DNA of 64,000 bases. Source: Octopus sinensis (lineage: Eukaryota). The notes beneath the pieces were generated by a model. The model saw only the letters and a program-made list of their open reading frames with translations, was not told the origin of the DNA and did no database searches. The DNA lies in the NCBI RefSeq assembly GCF_006345805.1, contig NC_043013.1, positions 8,928,001 through 8,992,000 of the forward strand. Direction: 5' to 3'. The position numbers and the translations under genes are program-made. Numbering within the stretch: the first letter of the stretch is position 1; the number at the start of each line of letters is the position of its first letter. Below, one piece after another: positions 36,310-50,226 of the stretch.

Positions 36310-36484
36310 AACTTGGTAAAAGATAGAGCCTTGTTTGTAGTCAAGGATGGAAAGTTGATCTCAAAAGTTGTGTCTGTTGAATCATTACCAGAATCAGAAG
36401 AGACTGATTACTCAGCGTTTATGAGTTCCAGAACACCATCCAGTCAAAGAAGTGACGTCTTAAGCTTTCTGTTGGAAGAAATGG
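36310..36484 (+). CDS. MDH1B: MDH1B-like gene, coding exon (175 nt): NLVKDRALFVVKDG...SFLLEEM(G)
   Basis: TTTTGACAG acceptor and GTAAGG donor. Phase 0 in and phase 1 out fit both neighbours; the frame is open and non-repetitive. Confidence 0.75.
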
Positions 36485-37801
36485 GTAAGGCAAAAAAAAA
36501 AAAAAAATATCGAGGCTTACTAGTTTTGCTATCAAATTACACAAAGGTGGTGAGCTGGCAGAGTCGTTACCAAGCTGGGGGAAATGCTTAGTGACCTTAG
36601 TTCTGAGTTCGAATTCCATTAAGGTCGACTTTGCATTTCATCCTTTTGGGGTCAATAAAATAAGTACCAGTTGAGTACTGGGGCTGATGTAATCACCTTA
36701 CCCCTCCCTCAAAATTGCTGACCTTGTGCCAACATCTGAAACTGTTATTAAATTACTTGAAAGCAGTGAGATGGCAGAATTAGTATCACACTAAGGCGGC
36801 AAGCTGGCAGAAACGTTAGCACACTGGGCGAAATGCTTAGCAGTATTTCGTCTGCCACTACGTTCTGAGTTCAAATTCTGCCGAGGTCGACTTTGCCTTT
36901 AATCCTTTCAGGGTCGATAAACTAAGTACCAGTTATGCACTGGGGTTGATATAATCGACTTAGTCCGTTTGTCTGTCCTTGCTTGTCCTCTCTGTGTTTA
37001 GCCCCTTGTGGGCAGTAAAGAAATAGGTATTTCATCTGTCTTTACATTCTGTGTTCAAATTCTGCTGAGGTCGACTTTACCTTTTATCCTTTCAGGGTTG
37101 ATAAATTAACTACCAGTTGCGTACTGTGGTCGATCTAATCGACTGGCCTCCTCCCCCCAAATTTCTGGCCTTGTGCCTAGAGTAGAAAAGAATATTTACC
37201 AAGAGAGAAAACCCTCATATGGTTAACTGGTGCACAAAGGCACGTCATATCTATCACCAGTGGCAGACAATCAACACTACTTCCACTGCTCAGACCATCA
37301 CATCATATGATTTTGGCCTGATTGGGCTTTTTCAATATAACCATATGGATGTCTTGTCTCTCGGTAAATATTGCAGTATTTAATTGTTTTAATGCAAATT
37401 TCACTTTTAAGTGGTGAATATTTTACCTTTGGTTCTTAATATTACCTCTGTCACTCTGTTTTTTAATAAGCCCACTGGCCTTTAGCAACATCAGTGCCAG
37501 TTATGGCTCTGTATTTCTATGTATATTGCAAGCATGGCAGTTACTGCTATTTCCAGCTATTTGGTGTCCATCACTGAAATGGCCAAATGAGGCTGAAATC
37601 ACGTGATCTGGTAGTCCAAGCAGTAGAAGTAGTAGTGATTGTCTACTGCTGGCGATAACTATGATGTGCTTCTATGCACCATATAAGCATATGAGAGTTT
37701 TCTCCCTTGGTAAATATTACAGCATTTGTGTTCTAATGCAACGCCCTCTTTTAAGTGGTGAATATTTTACCTTATATATATATATATATATATGTATGTA
37801 T

Positions 37802-38200
37802 AGGTGCAGGAGTGGCTGTGTGGTAAGTAGCTTGCTTACCAACCACATGGTTCCGGGTTCAGTCCCACAGCGTGGCACCTTGGGCAAGTGTATTCTACTA
37901 TAGCCTCGGGCTGACCAAAGCCTTGTGAGTGGATTTGGTGGACGGAAACTGAAAGAAACCCGTCGTATATATGTATATGTATATATATATGTGTGTGTGT
38001 ATGTTTGTGTGTCTGTGTTTGTTCCCCCGTATCTTATGGTGTGTTTACGTCCCCCGTATCCTAGCGGTTCGGCAAAAGAGACCGATAGAATAAGTTTTAG
38101 GCTTACAAGGAATAAATCCTGGGGTTGATTTGCTCAACTAAGGGCAGTGCTCCAGCATGGCCGCAGTCAAATGACTGAAACAAGTAAAAGAGTAAAGAGA
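37802..38200 (+). mobile_element. tRNA-derived SINE family B (head ggagtggctgtgtggtaagtagcttgc, internal TA/TG microsatellite)
   Basis: Box A/B-like head (gtggtaag...ggttcagtccc). Other copies: 31690-32165 (-), 32955-33333 (+), 38585-38988 (-), 45475-45845 (+, diverged), 55397-55732 (+), 60221-60625 (+), 62590-62990 (-). Confidence 0.88.
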
Positions 38201-38584
38201 GAATATGAATTATACAATAGCTGAAGTGTATATTATTATAATATCCATTAATACCAATCTTACCAGTTGGTTTTGCACCAGAGATTCAAAAGAGTGTTAG
38301 GTAACAATCCAATCATGTAACCCTACACTCTTCATAGCTACATACAATTTATATCTGGATATTTCTACTTTTCTATTCAGTGTTTACTTCACTAAAGCAC
38401 CTCATTTGTTTTTAATGAAATACAGAGCTAGTCAAAGTGCCATGTCAGAGAATTGCCTTTGATGTTCATGTTTGGTTTGCATGCTAGCAGGAGTTAGAGG
38501 GTAGGAGTGAAGTACAGAGATGTAGATGTGGTGGTGGTGGTGGTGGTGGTAGGTGGTGGGTGGAGAATCCTTCAGGAGAGTAAT

Positions 38585-38988
38585 TGATTACTCTTTTACT
38601 CTTTTACTTGTTTCAGTCATTTGACTGCGGCCATGCTGGAGCACCGCCTTTAGTCGAGCAAATCGACTCCGGGACTTATTCTTTGTTAGCCCAGTACTTA
38701 TTCCATCGGTCCCTTTTGCTGAACCGCTAAGTGACGGGGACGTAAACACACCAGCATCGGCTGTCAAGCAATGCTAGGGGGACAAACACACACACACAAA
38801 CACACACACACATATATATATACATATATACGACAGGCTTCTTTCAGTTTCCGTCTACCAAATCCACTCACAAGGCATTGGTCAGCCCGGGGCTATAGTA
38901 GAACACACTTGCCCAAGATGCCATGCAGTGGGACTGAACCCGGAACCATGTGGTTGGTTAGCAAGCTACTTACCACACAGCCACTCCT
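38585..38988 (-). mobile_element. SINE family B copy, inverted relative to 37802-38200, just before the last MDH1B exon
   Basis: Reverse complement of the family B sequence. Confidence 0.88.
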
Positions 38989-39036
38989 GATTGATTGCTT
39001 TTTATATATATATATGTATTTTTTTTTCTAATTCAG

Positions 39037-39260
39037 TTGAAGAACAAGAAGCGCTGGAGAGGAGACGTACGAAAATGTCCATATCCTCAATGCCACGTGG
39101 GAGCCTAGACAGTGAGCACGACTTGGAGCTTGAAAATCTAGACGCTATAATGCCTGAAGAAGAGGTGGAAGAGGAAATTTCAGAAACTGCATTAAATACT
39201 GAAGATATCGAGATAGAAGATAATAATAATAATCCACCAGCAGAAGAAACTGAACAATAA
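39037..39260 (+). CDS. MDH1B: MDH1B-like gene, last coding exon, acidic tail (V)EEQEALERRRTK...PAEETEQ*
   Basis: TTTTTTTCTAATTCAG acceptor, phase 1 compatible, stop TAA at 39258-39260. Non-repetitive Glu-rich frame in ORF 38991..39260. Confidence 0.7.
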
Positions 39261-39385
39261 TTAGTTTATAATCTAAACTAAAATATTTTATTATTGAAAA
39301 AGATCAAAATATTTCTAGTTTTTATATTTCATTTTGATTATGATTTTTTCTTCTTATTTCTTGTGGTGCTGGAGATAATGGGTAA

Positions 39386-39613
39386 GGCGGCAAGCTGGCA
39401 GAAACGTTAGCACGCTGGGCGAAATGCGTAGCTGTATTTCGTCTGCCGTTACGTTCTGAGTTCAAATTCCACCGAGGTCGACTTTGCCTTTCATCCATTC
39501 GAGGTCGATAAATAAAGTACCAGTTTCGCACTGGGGTTGATGTAATCAACTTAATCCCTTTGCCTGTCCTTGTTTGTCCCCTCTATGTTTAGCCCCTTGT
39601 GGGTAGTAAAGAA
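39386..39613 (+). mobile_element. SINE family A copy just 3' of the MDH1B stop
   Basis: Colinear with 42649-42880. Confidence 0.88.
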
Positions 39614-41074
39614 ATATATATTATATTTTGCAGCATACAATCTAAATTTTTCAAACCAAAATTAACAGCCAAAAATGAGGTAGATCAACATATATACAAA
39701 GACAAATCTGGAAGACCAAAATTTCCATGTGGGAAACAGGATTTTGGAAAGATAGTAGGGATAATTGAATGTTTACACTATATATCATCATCATCATCAT
39801 CATTGTTTAACGTCCGTTTTCCATGCTAGCATGGGTTGGACGATTTGACTGAGGACTGGTGAACCAGATGGCTGCACCAGACTCCAATCTGATCTGGCAG
39901 AGTTTCTACAGCTGGATGCCCTACCTAATGCCAACCACTCCGAGAGTGTAGTGGGTGCTTTTATGTGCCACTGGCACAAGGGCCAGTCTGGCGGTACTGC
40001 CAACGGCCACACTCAAATGGTGTTTTTTACATGCCACCTGCACAGGACTCAGCCCAGTGGCACTGGCAACGACCTCGCTACAATAATTTGTATACCAGAA
40101 AAAATACGGTTGGCTTTACCTTGGTCAATATATAATTGTTTTTCCATTAGCTCATGACTACAAAATTGCAGGATAAGAAGATAATTAATTGAATAAAACT
40201 GCAGTATTTACCTGATACTTATTTTATCACATGTGGCAAAACCGTTTCTGGCAGAATTTAGATTTAGAACATAGAGGAGTGGAAATAAATGCTGTACAAC
40301 ATTTGTTATACTGATCAGGCTTGTGAACTACATGGTGCCTCACCACTCTCTTCATTTCTCTTTCCAACTCTGCCCACCCACCGTCATATAATACAGAGTA
40401 GCTATGTGTAAAAAATTTTCTTTGTCCAAGCCTAGATTTGAAACCGAATCCAAGAATTCTCGGTTGTCCAAACCACCACGATCAACAGGTGCGAAAAAAG
40501 GTTTCCTTTATACTGTCAAAAAGTGATTGATCATCTCCCTTTGACCTACGACCTCAGCCATGTCAGGCAAAGTTCAAATGGACAGGAGCTGACCTATTTA
40601 AGTATAAACGCTGCTGCAGTATGTCTGTCCTTCTAGCTGCCACGATTATTATAAATACAGTGATCAACAGACAGACAGGGGAGAAAGGCCTAGCAGGAAA
40701 ACGAGAATGGTCGACAACACGACAGGTTTTGAATGACCGTAGAGACTTGAAAGAAATGTTCGAAGTTCCACAGTCGACTACTGATCTAGGATGAACTACG
40801 CACGCACACACATATTCATCTATGTATTTCTTGGTGATGGGTGAAATAGTGCTCAGCATTTCGTCCAGTGTGCTAACAATTCTGCTAGCTTGCTGCCTTT
40901 ATAATAATAATAATAATAATCTCTCTCTCTCTCTCTTTCAGAGAGGCACTGAGCACCTACACACACATATACACACACGGCAGTAACTTCCGCCTACCGA
41001 ATTCAATCACAAAGCTTCGGTCGACTCGGGGCTATAGTGGAAGACACCTACCCAAAGTGAATAATAATAATAAT

Positions 41075-41770
41075 AATAATAATGATAATAATAATAATAA
41101 ACTTATTGTATACAGTGCTCAGGTGCACTACTACTCATCAGGAAAAACGTAACAAAAACTGCATGAGCAGTACATAGAATATGCACAGAAACAGAACAAT
41201 GAAAAAGTCTTTAGAAAAAAAAAGAAGAAAAATGAGAGTTGGGAAGGGCATCAGATGTACTGTTGGCAAATTTCAGAAAGCATGGAAGTTTTGAAGGGAG
41301 TAGTGTCTCGACTGTGCTAACAACTGATGCAGGCAGTTTATTCCATGCTTCAGCAATTTTGTGTGTAAAAATGTGTTTCCTAAAATCACGAGTGCTGTGT
41401 TGTTTTTTTTGATTTTGTAAGCATGTCCATATGTGTTAGACAATGGAATTCCCCAAAAAGTGACCAAGGATGTTGTTGGAAAAACGGCGGATAATCTTGT
41501 GAGTGTCTCCCAAGTCAGTTACCAGATGTCAGAGCTTGAATGTGTTCATGTACAGGGAAGCAAGATGTTCAGAGTACGCTAGATGCCTGATGGTGTGACT
41601 ATAAGTCTGGTTGATGAATGTTTCTGAACGAGAAACCTGCTGTCGTCTCTCTGTTATATTTTAGCCCCTCAACACTTGGTGTAAGCCACCTTTTTCTCAA
41701 CTACGGCCCCCAATAAGTTGTGGAGAATCTTTTGTCTTGCAAGTTACTTTGTAATTTCATTTGTGATGAT
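41075..41770 (-). mobile_element. CR1-clade LINE 3' end, decayed
   Basis: SNTYGHAYKI...AEAWNKLPAS-like region and the same 3' tail (tagtgcacctgagcactgta.acaat+(ATT)n) as 52975-53612. Confidence 0.8.
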
Positions 41771-42648
41771 TCCACAAAAAGAGCATCCACTGTACTCTGC
41801 AGAGTACAGTGGTGTTAGGAAGAGCATCCAGCCATAAAAACAATGCTAAGGCTGACATTGGAACACAAAGTAGTCCTCTGACCTGTCAGATATACGCCGG
41901 GCGAAATGCGTAACCGAATTTCGTCTGCCATTGCATCCTGAGTTCAAATTCCACCGAGGTCGACTTTGCCTTTCATCCTTTCGGGGTCGATTAAATAAGT
42001 ACCGGTTACGCACTGGGGTCGATCTAATCGACTTAATCCGTTTGTCTGTCCTTGTTTGTCCTCTCTGTGTTTTAGCCCCTTGTGGGTAGTAAAGAAATAG
42101 ATATTGCCAAACCATCCAGCTGATGTCCACATGGAAGACTGACATAAGAAGATGGTGGTGGTAGTGGTGGTGGTGGTGATGATGATTATGATGATGGCAA
42201 TGATGATGATACACTCCATAAGAGACCCACTTGGCAGAGTCATTACAGTATCAGATTGCTTTGTGGTATTCATTCTCTCTGTGTTCTGAGTTCAAATTCC
42301 ACTTATGGTAATCTTTACATTTCTTTCTTTGTGGTGGTCAATAGATAAATTATCAGCCCTGCAATGGAGTTGAGATTTTTCTCTCTGCCTTTTCTTTATT
42401 TTTTTCTGGAAGAAACCAACTGTGCTCAGACCTGAAGAGGAATAGAATCTTCTAAATCAGTAGTTCTTAACCATTTTTTGCCTATGGACCTCTTTGATTC
42501 CAATTTCATTTGGTTGGACCCTCATAGACATTCAATGTTTAAAAAATCCTATTACAGTAATCCATTAACTATCATGGTTGTTACGTTCCAATCACTTCCC
42601 CACCTCAATAGGTGAAAACCCGTGAAGTAGAAACAGCACTGTATTGTA

Positions 42649-42880
42649 AGGCGGCAAGCTGGCAGAAACATTAGCACGCCAGGCGAAATGCTTAGCGGTA
42701 TTTTTTCTACCGCTACGTTCTGAGTTCAAATTCTGCCGAGGTCGACTTTGCCTTTCATCCTTTCGGGGTCGATAAATTAAGTACCAGTTATGCACTGGGG
42801 TCGATGTAATTGACTTAAACCCTTTGTCTGTCCTTGTTTGTCCCCTCTATGTTTAGCCCCTTGTGGGCAATAAAGAAATA
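42649..42880 (+). mobile_element. tRNA-derived SINE family A, full copy with 20-bp target-site duplication
   Basis: Head ggcggcaagctggcagaaacattagc with box B-like gttcaaattc. TSD agaaacag(c/t)actgtattgta at 42629-42648 and 42881-42900. Other copies near 24780-25120 (head-to-head pair), 27670-27875, 36545-37190, 39386-39613, 41895-42100, 53632-53858. Confidence 0.9.
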
Positions 42881-43171
42881 AGAAACAGTACTGTATTGTA
42901 TATTTTCAAAATTATTTTTATAATCTGTATATATTTATTTTATTATAAATGCAAAACAACACCACGGAGGAATCGACTTAAGCTTAAATAATAAACCACA
43001 ATAGGTGAACTGTGATATGGCAAGAGAATGCTGTATATTTGTATAATTTTTAGATGGATAGGTTATTGAGCCATCTAATGTGACTCTACTCAAGAAGGCT
43101 ATAATATCATTTGACGGGAAACTTGGTATAAATAATACATAAAACAAGGTTGTGGCTTTATATACCTTTAA

Positions 43172-43392
43172 CCCTTTCGTTACCAACCCGGCTGAAACCG
43201 GCTCTGGCTGTGAGTACAAATGTCTTGTTTTCATAAGTTTGGAATTAAAATCTTTCACCAAACCTTAGTCACAGTTTATGTTTCTAACACTAGCTTAATG
43301 GTAATAAAGATATCTTACTAAATTCTTTGTTATATTTAAAATTAATTGAAAGAAACACAGAGCATCTCAAAATAAATACAGTAACAAAAGGG
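43172..43392 (+). mobile_element. piggyBac-like MITE (~220 bp) with TTAA target duplication
   Basis: TTAA-ccctttcgttac...gtaacaaaaggg-TTAA. Further copies at about 34450-34669 and, inverted, at about 52434-52655. Confidence 0.85.
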
Positions 43393-43709
43393 TTAATGTG
43401 GCCACACTATCTGCTACTGGTGTGTGGTGTGAGGAGGACCTTTAGGTTAATCTTCACAGTCTCGTGTCTCAATGCAGAAAGAGAGTGGTAAAGGGCTCGT
43501 GCCAGAATCTCACACTCTAACGCCATCTAGCAAGCTTGTTTTAAACCCACTGTCAAGGGGGGTAACTGCACCTACAGAGCCCACCTCTTCTTAGACTGCT
43601 CTCAGACACTGCATGCCATGACAGCACCCTTATAATTCCATTAAGGAATTGAGGGTCCAAGGCCAAGGTAGAGCAACACAGCCTATACAGAAAGGTCTGT
43701 TATAGATCC

Positions 43710-44045
43710 TGAAGGTACATAGCTCAGTGGTTAGAGCATTGGGTTCACAATCATGAGGTAGTGAGTTTGATTCCCAGACCAGGCTGTGTGTAGTGTTCTT
43801 GAGCAATGCACTTTATTTCACATTGCTCCAGTTCAATCAGCTACAGAAATGAGTTGTGACATCACTGGTGCCAAGATGTATCAGCCTTCGCCTTTCTCTT
43901 GGAGTATATCAGTGGCATGGAGAGGGGAAGCTGGTATGCATGGGTGACTGCTGGTCTTCCATAAACAACCTTGCCTGGACTTGTGCCTTGGAGGGTAACA
44001 CTCTAGGTGCAATCCCATGGTCATTCATGGCTGAAGGGGGCCTCT
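43710..44045 (+). mobile_element. tRNA-derived SINE family D (head gctcagtggttagagc...gagtttgattccc)
   Basis: Box A/B-like head. Copies at 27900-28055 (partial), 28765-29098 and 63325-63630 share cttgagcaagacactttatttca.gttgctccagttcactca...ggtgcaatcccatggtca. Confidence 0.87.
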
Positions 44046-44612
44046 CTCAGATCATCACAGAAAGCAACAAGCATCATTACAACTGCTTAAATGGAATCTT
44101 ACTACAAATAGTAGAAGATATTAAGTACAACAACATTATTCTTCTGTTACCATTATTAAGCAAAAATGAAATAAAAACATCAAAACTAAATAGAAATACC
44201 CAAAAATTTTATTCTCTAAACCCATTGTAAATTCCCTAAAAATGTATCATATTCCACATGGAAAAATTTGCATTTGGTATGAAGTAGATATATAGAATAT
44301 AAATAACAACAGCGAAGCTTGTAAAAAAATAGGTAAATATATATCCGTTTTATAAAAACAATACCTTTATACACACACAAACATATATATACATACACAC
44401 ACAACTAAACATACATGCATACATATACATAGATATCATTTATTTAAAGGTCAGTCGGTTGGTCGGTTGGTCGGTAGGTATGTATGCAGATTTGTACGTT
44501 TTGTTTTATGTATGTATTCTCATGCATATAGTTGCATGTCTAGGCATGCTCATATATACTTACATGATAAACTTTTGGAAAGGTTCACAGATTTTTACAG
44601 TTTCAGTGATAG

Positions 44613-44831
<219 letters not shown>

Positions 44832-45188
44832 TAGCAAATCCACTCTGAAAGCTTTGGTCATGTGTTTATATATATATATATACATATATATATGAATAAA
44901 AAATGGAGTTAACGCAGGTTTAAACAAGTATTTTTACTTTCGACACATGTTTTTGCTGCCCTGGTAACTATTTATTTTGAAACATGTGTCGAAAGTAAAA
45001 ATACTTGTTTAAACCTGCGTTAACTCCATTTTTTATTCATATTATTCAAAATATTCAACGTAAACACGAAGTTTCAACCTTTATAAACAAGGAGTTACAA
45101 CATCTTTACTTGTGAGATTTTTGATGCCCTGGTAACTATTTATTTATTTTTCCGTGTTAATTGTTAACAAGGTAAAAATACACTCATC

Positions 45189-45249
<61 letters not shown>

Positions 45250-46639
45250 CATGACTGTGTTTGTGTACAATGGCTGAATTCTAGACTTCCGTGTCGAATA
45301 TTGCATGTAAATAGTTGCAGTTTGATACACTGAATTGTAAAGTTTTTCTTTTGTGTTTTGCTTCTCATATTTCTGTAGACGTCGATCCTTTATCTCTGAG
45401 ATAAAAAGTTGATTTATAAAAAGTAAATGAATTAGAATTGCATAAGTTAAATAAAATGCAACCAAACAGACACAGAAAGAGCTGCATGGTTAAGGGGTGC
45501 CCTTGCAGCCATATAACTCCAGTCTTAATGGGCAGCGTCGTGGGCAAGTAGCTTCTATTATAACCCCAGGCCAACCAATGCCATGAGATGGAAACTGTGT
45601 GGAAGCCCATCAAGAGTGTGTTTCTTTGTGTCTGTGTTTGTCTCCCACCCCAACAAACACACTCAATAAATGGTGATGGTTTGTTTATATTTCCATTACT
45701 TAGACCAATAGAATAAGTAGACCAATAAAATAAGTACCAGATTTTAAAAATAAGTGCTGTAGTTAATTTGTTCAACTGAAACTCTTTAAGGCAGTGTCCC
45801 AGCATGGCTGCTCTCCAATGATTGAAGCAAGTAAAAGAAGATAAAAGACAGATAGAAAAAAAAAAAAGAATTAATCCTTTTCTCATTAGATAAAATTGGG
45901 AAATATTGTCCATAAAATAGTTTAGATTTTGCTTAGCAAATTAACGCTTTTCTTACGATATTTCTCACAAAATTAAATGAGAAAAAAAAAACAGGGAACT
46001 GAAATACGTTGCCTTTCTTTCACTCAATTTTGGAAATAATGAAAAATTAATTAAAATATCTGGTGCTTAGAACATAAATTACAACGAAAATTTAATGAAC
46101 AATGTTAATTTAAATAATTTTGAATCAGAACATTAGTATCATACACCAAGGGCTGTATCACATGTGTTGATGTGAAAAGGATTATTTCTCAAACTACAGA
46201 ATTCAACAAAATTGCCAAAGTTAAGAACATTGAAAACTGATCAGTTTCTATTATAACTGATGAACCACATAGGGGCATGAAATAGCCCACAAATTAATTA
46301 AATTAAAGGATCCAGCATTGGAATAAAAGATTTAATTGTTGCCTGATTTAATACCATTCCCTCAATCTTTGAATTAGTAGGTGGTGTCCATTTTGCTGCA
46401 AAGAAGCAAGGCATATCTTCTCCCCTCCCTCCAACAATCACAGTGATTTTGAACAAGGGGACATAACTAAAGTCATTTACCCTCTGATTCAAGTATTCAA
46501 GGCCTTTTCTCTCTTTTTTTATCTTCAAGGGATAACCACCCAAAGGTATCAGTATTCATTTAACCTATGGACCTATGGAAGAGTTGGTTGTTAACATGTT
46601 CAAGATAAAATGATATTTCACACACAGGTACATACATAC

Positions 46640-46652
46640 ACATAGATATATA

Positions 46653-46686
<34 letters not shown>

Positions 46687-46761
46687 TCCTGAGCGCTATA
46701 CAAATACATCTGTTGCTTGTACACCACCTGCCTTCATCTTTGTTTATTTTCGTAAACTTTC

Positions 46762-46808
<47 letters not shown>

Positions 46809-46967
46809 CATACATATATATACACACATATATATATACATACATATATACACACACACATATATATATACATATATACATACATATATATATGCATATA
46901 TACATGTATATATATGTATATACATGTATATATACATACATATACATACATACATACATACATACAT

Positions 46968-47027
<60 letters not shown>

Positions 47028-47110
47028 GTATATATACATATATACATATATATACATACATATACATACATATATACATAAATATACATACATACATATA
47101 TACACATATA
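46640..47110. repeat. Compound (TA)n/(TACA)n microsatellite block
   Basis: Direct reading. Similar blocks at 3598-3770, 5130-5350, 8620-8880, 13370-13505, 47990-48230, 49175-49495, 54680-55150, 59140-59240 and 62113-62228. Confidence 0.97.
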
Positions 47111-47822
47111 AAGTTAATCCAAACATGAAAGCACAAAAAACACAACAACGCGAGGAGGTGGAACAAATAAAATATTATTGGACGCTCAGGAAAGAAGGAA
47201 AGAAGGAGGGTTAAACATTTCGAGCGGAGCTCTTTGTCGGAAACATAGGAGAAGGAAAGATCCAGAGAAGGGAAGACAGAGGCAAAAAAGAATCGCCAAC
47301 GGTACACACGCGGTCACATATATATACATATATCTACATACATATATATACATATATATATATACATACATACATATACATATAATACATATAAATCAAA
47401 ATTATAAAGAAGGGTATCCAAGAGATACCCTTATGCTGCCACTTGATTTTGATCACTATTTAAAATAACGATCTTATCTTTATTTATATAGAAATTTATA
47501 TATATATATATATATATATATAAAGTAAGCTTCGGTTGAATTAGGCACCTCGTTATGTTGGAATAATACACACACACAACAATATTATGTAAATATCAAC
47601 TTTGGTACAGAAGTACCGACAGCTGAATTTGACCCTGCTGAATATATAATCTGCTCTTGAGCTATTCAGATATGGACATTTTATCTGACACACAGTTCAT
47701 AATAAACTTCAGAATTTGTGAAGGGCATGTTTTGAGATAGGTCAATAAAATATAGATAAGTAACAATTGAAGAACAGGTGTCGACACCTATCCAACAATT
47801 GCTACACCTTCTGTCTTTCATT

Positions 47823-47861
<39 letters not shown>

Positions 47862-48051
47862 AGAGTAAACACATAAATGTGAAACAAAGTGGAAAAAAGA
47901 GTACTCAAATACCAGAGGAAGAGTAATCTGCTTCACGGGAACGTGAAACTCCGAGTAACAGCTTTTGTTGAATTTCTGCTGCTTTTAAATAAAGTATATA
48001 TATATATATGTGTGTGTGTGTGTATGTATGTGTATGTATATAATATGAATA

Positions 48052-48100
<49 letters not shown>

Positions 48101-48129
48101 TATATACATACATATATGTACATACTTAC

Positions 48130-48163
<34 letters not shown>

Positions 48164-49174
48164 CATCATCATCATCATCATCATTTAACGTCCGCTCTAT
48201 ATATATATATATATATATATGCATATATGGGTACAGGATGTCAAAATGTAAACAACATGAAATACAAAGGCAAACCAGGGTATGTGAACAACATCGAAAA
48301 CAAGACAAGTAACATAAAGAACGACCCTTCATCAGTTATCAGCTGTTTATCTACCCCACATTTCGATATATATACATATATATATATGTGTGTGTGTGTT
48401 GAGAGAAAGACAGACAGACCCACACATAGACAAACAGACAGATGTATATGTAAGTATGTGGGTTATGATGTTTTGTGTGCACGTACCTGTGTATGTGTAC
48501 ACTTTTACATACACACACACACACACATACATATATATATTTAATAAAGGATGAAATTTCACTGATTCAACATGTTTCATCTTTCATTCTGGCCCCAAAA
48601 GATACAACCTGATGTACCATTAGTGTCAGCTTCTTTTAAATATTCTATCACTGTACAACTTTGCATGGGATGTCTTTTATCTTGAGTTTGCAAGTGCTAA
48701 CATGCTTCCACTTATTATTTATGTATGCATGCATGCATACACACATGCAGACACACACACAAAACACACATGCATAAACGCATACCCATGCACACAAATA
48801 TCGTAAAATTGATTTTTTAAAAAATCTAAGTACAAAGGACTTGCCATTGGGAATGAAAACTCAAACGTTTTGGAAAGAATCCTTCTTCAAGAAGTTGAAA
48901 GGACAGAGAGGCCCACATGACATGGGACCCTATACTCCTTAAGAGTAGCAGCCAGTTTTTCCAACTTCAAGGATGTAAAACTCTTCTATCTTTCATTAAT
49001 CTCCCACTCTCCTTTCAACTTTTCCCTGAAGAAACACACCGTCCAAAATTTTGGAGTCTCCACTCCCCATGGAAGATTAACTGGGCCTTTTTCATCAATT
49101 CATTAATATTATATAAGCTTCGTGAATGCAGACCAACACCAACTTGTTTGGAGTCTGTTTGTTCAAGTGTGTCA

Positions 49175-49299
49175 CATATATATATATACACATATATACA
49201 CATATATATATATACACATATATACAAATATATATATATGTATATATATATATATGTGGTATATATATATATATATATGTATGTGTATATATATATATA

Positions 49300-49373
<74 letters not shown>

Positions 49374-49386
49374 TATATATATATAT

Positions 49387-49434
<48 letters not shown>

Positions 49435-49439
49435 GTATG

Positions 49440-49495
<56 letters not shown>
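49175..49495. repeat. Long (TA)n-rich tract downstream of the UGP2 stop
   Basis: Direct reading. Confidence 0.97.
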
Positions 49496-49501
<6 letters not shown>

Positions 49502-49885
49502 CATGCATATCACACTAATCTATCATGGCTTTTGAACTTTGTATGTTAATACCCTTTTCCTCCTATTCATTTTCTCATCATGTTTAATCACAAATCCTTC
49601 CTCTTCCACCTACACCACTGCTTCAAAAATCACTTCTCTTTGCTTCCTTTCTGCTGCCTCCAAACTTGTATTAATATTTCCTTAACCATTCATTTTCTCT
49701 CTCTGTTTTTTTTTCATTTTTTTTTTTTTTCATTATCTCTCCACATTGTTCCTGAGCGTCAAACTAATACACTTGTTTGTTGCTCTTCCACTTGTCCGCA
49801 TCTTTTGCTTCCTTTAAGTGTATGTGTGTGTGTGTGTGTGTGTGTGAATTACAGACTGCTTATAATGTTGTTTGTACACTTGGTC

Positions 49886-49993
49886 TTAATGGTCCAGGAT
49901 TCGCATATTTCCTGACACAATTTTATTTTCCAGGACAGATCCAGATTGTATATCTATTCGGGATCCATGGTTAGCAATTATTATTACAGTACC
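49886..49993 (-). CDS. UGP2: UGP2 last coding exon: [35 protein letters not shown]
   Basis: Matches the conserved UGPase C-terminus [30 protein letters not shown]. 108 nt including TAA. Confidence 0.97.
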   Translation of the reverse strand, partial: GTVIIIANHGSRIDIQSGSVLENKIVSGNMRILDH

Positions 49994-50226
49994 CTGAAAA
50001 AAAACAAAAAAAAAACAGATGCACAAAATTAATTACAACACAATATACCAACCGAAATTGCGAAAATAATCTGGTACTTAACTGAGGAAAGAAAACTTTG
50101 AATGACCCGTCCTTGTTTTTTTTTGTATCGTCTATCTGGATGTTTTGTTGTCCCATTTTTGTATCACCTAACTGTCTGGATGTTTTGCGTTCTTGTCCCA
50201 TTTTGTATTTATATATATATATATAT

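Noticed and set aside
46298-46543. Non-repetitive 81-aa ORF between the two genes
   Set aside because: Starts at TTG, has no recognisable motif and no convincing paired splice sites.
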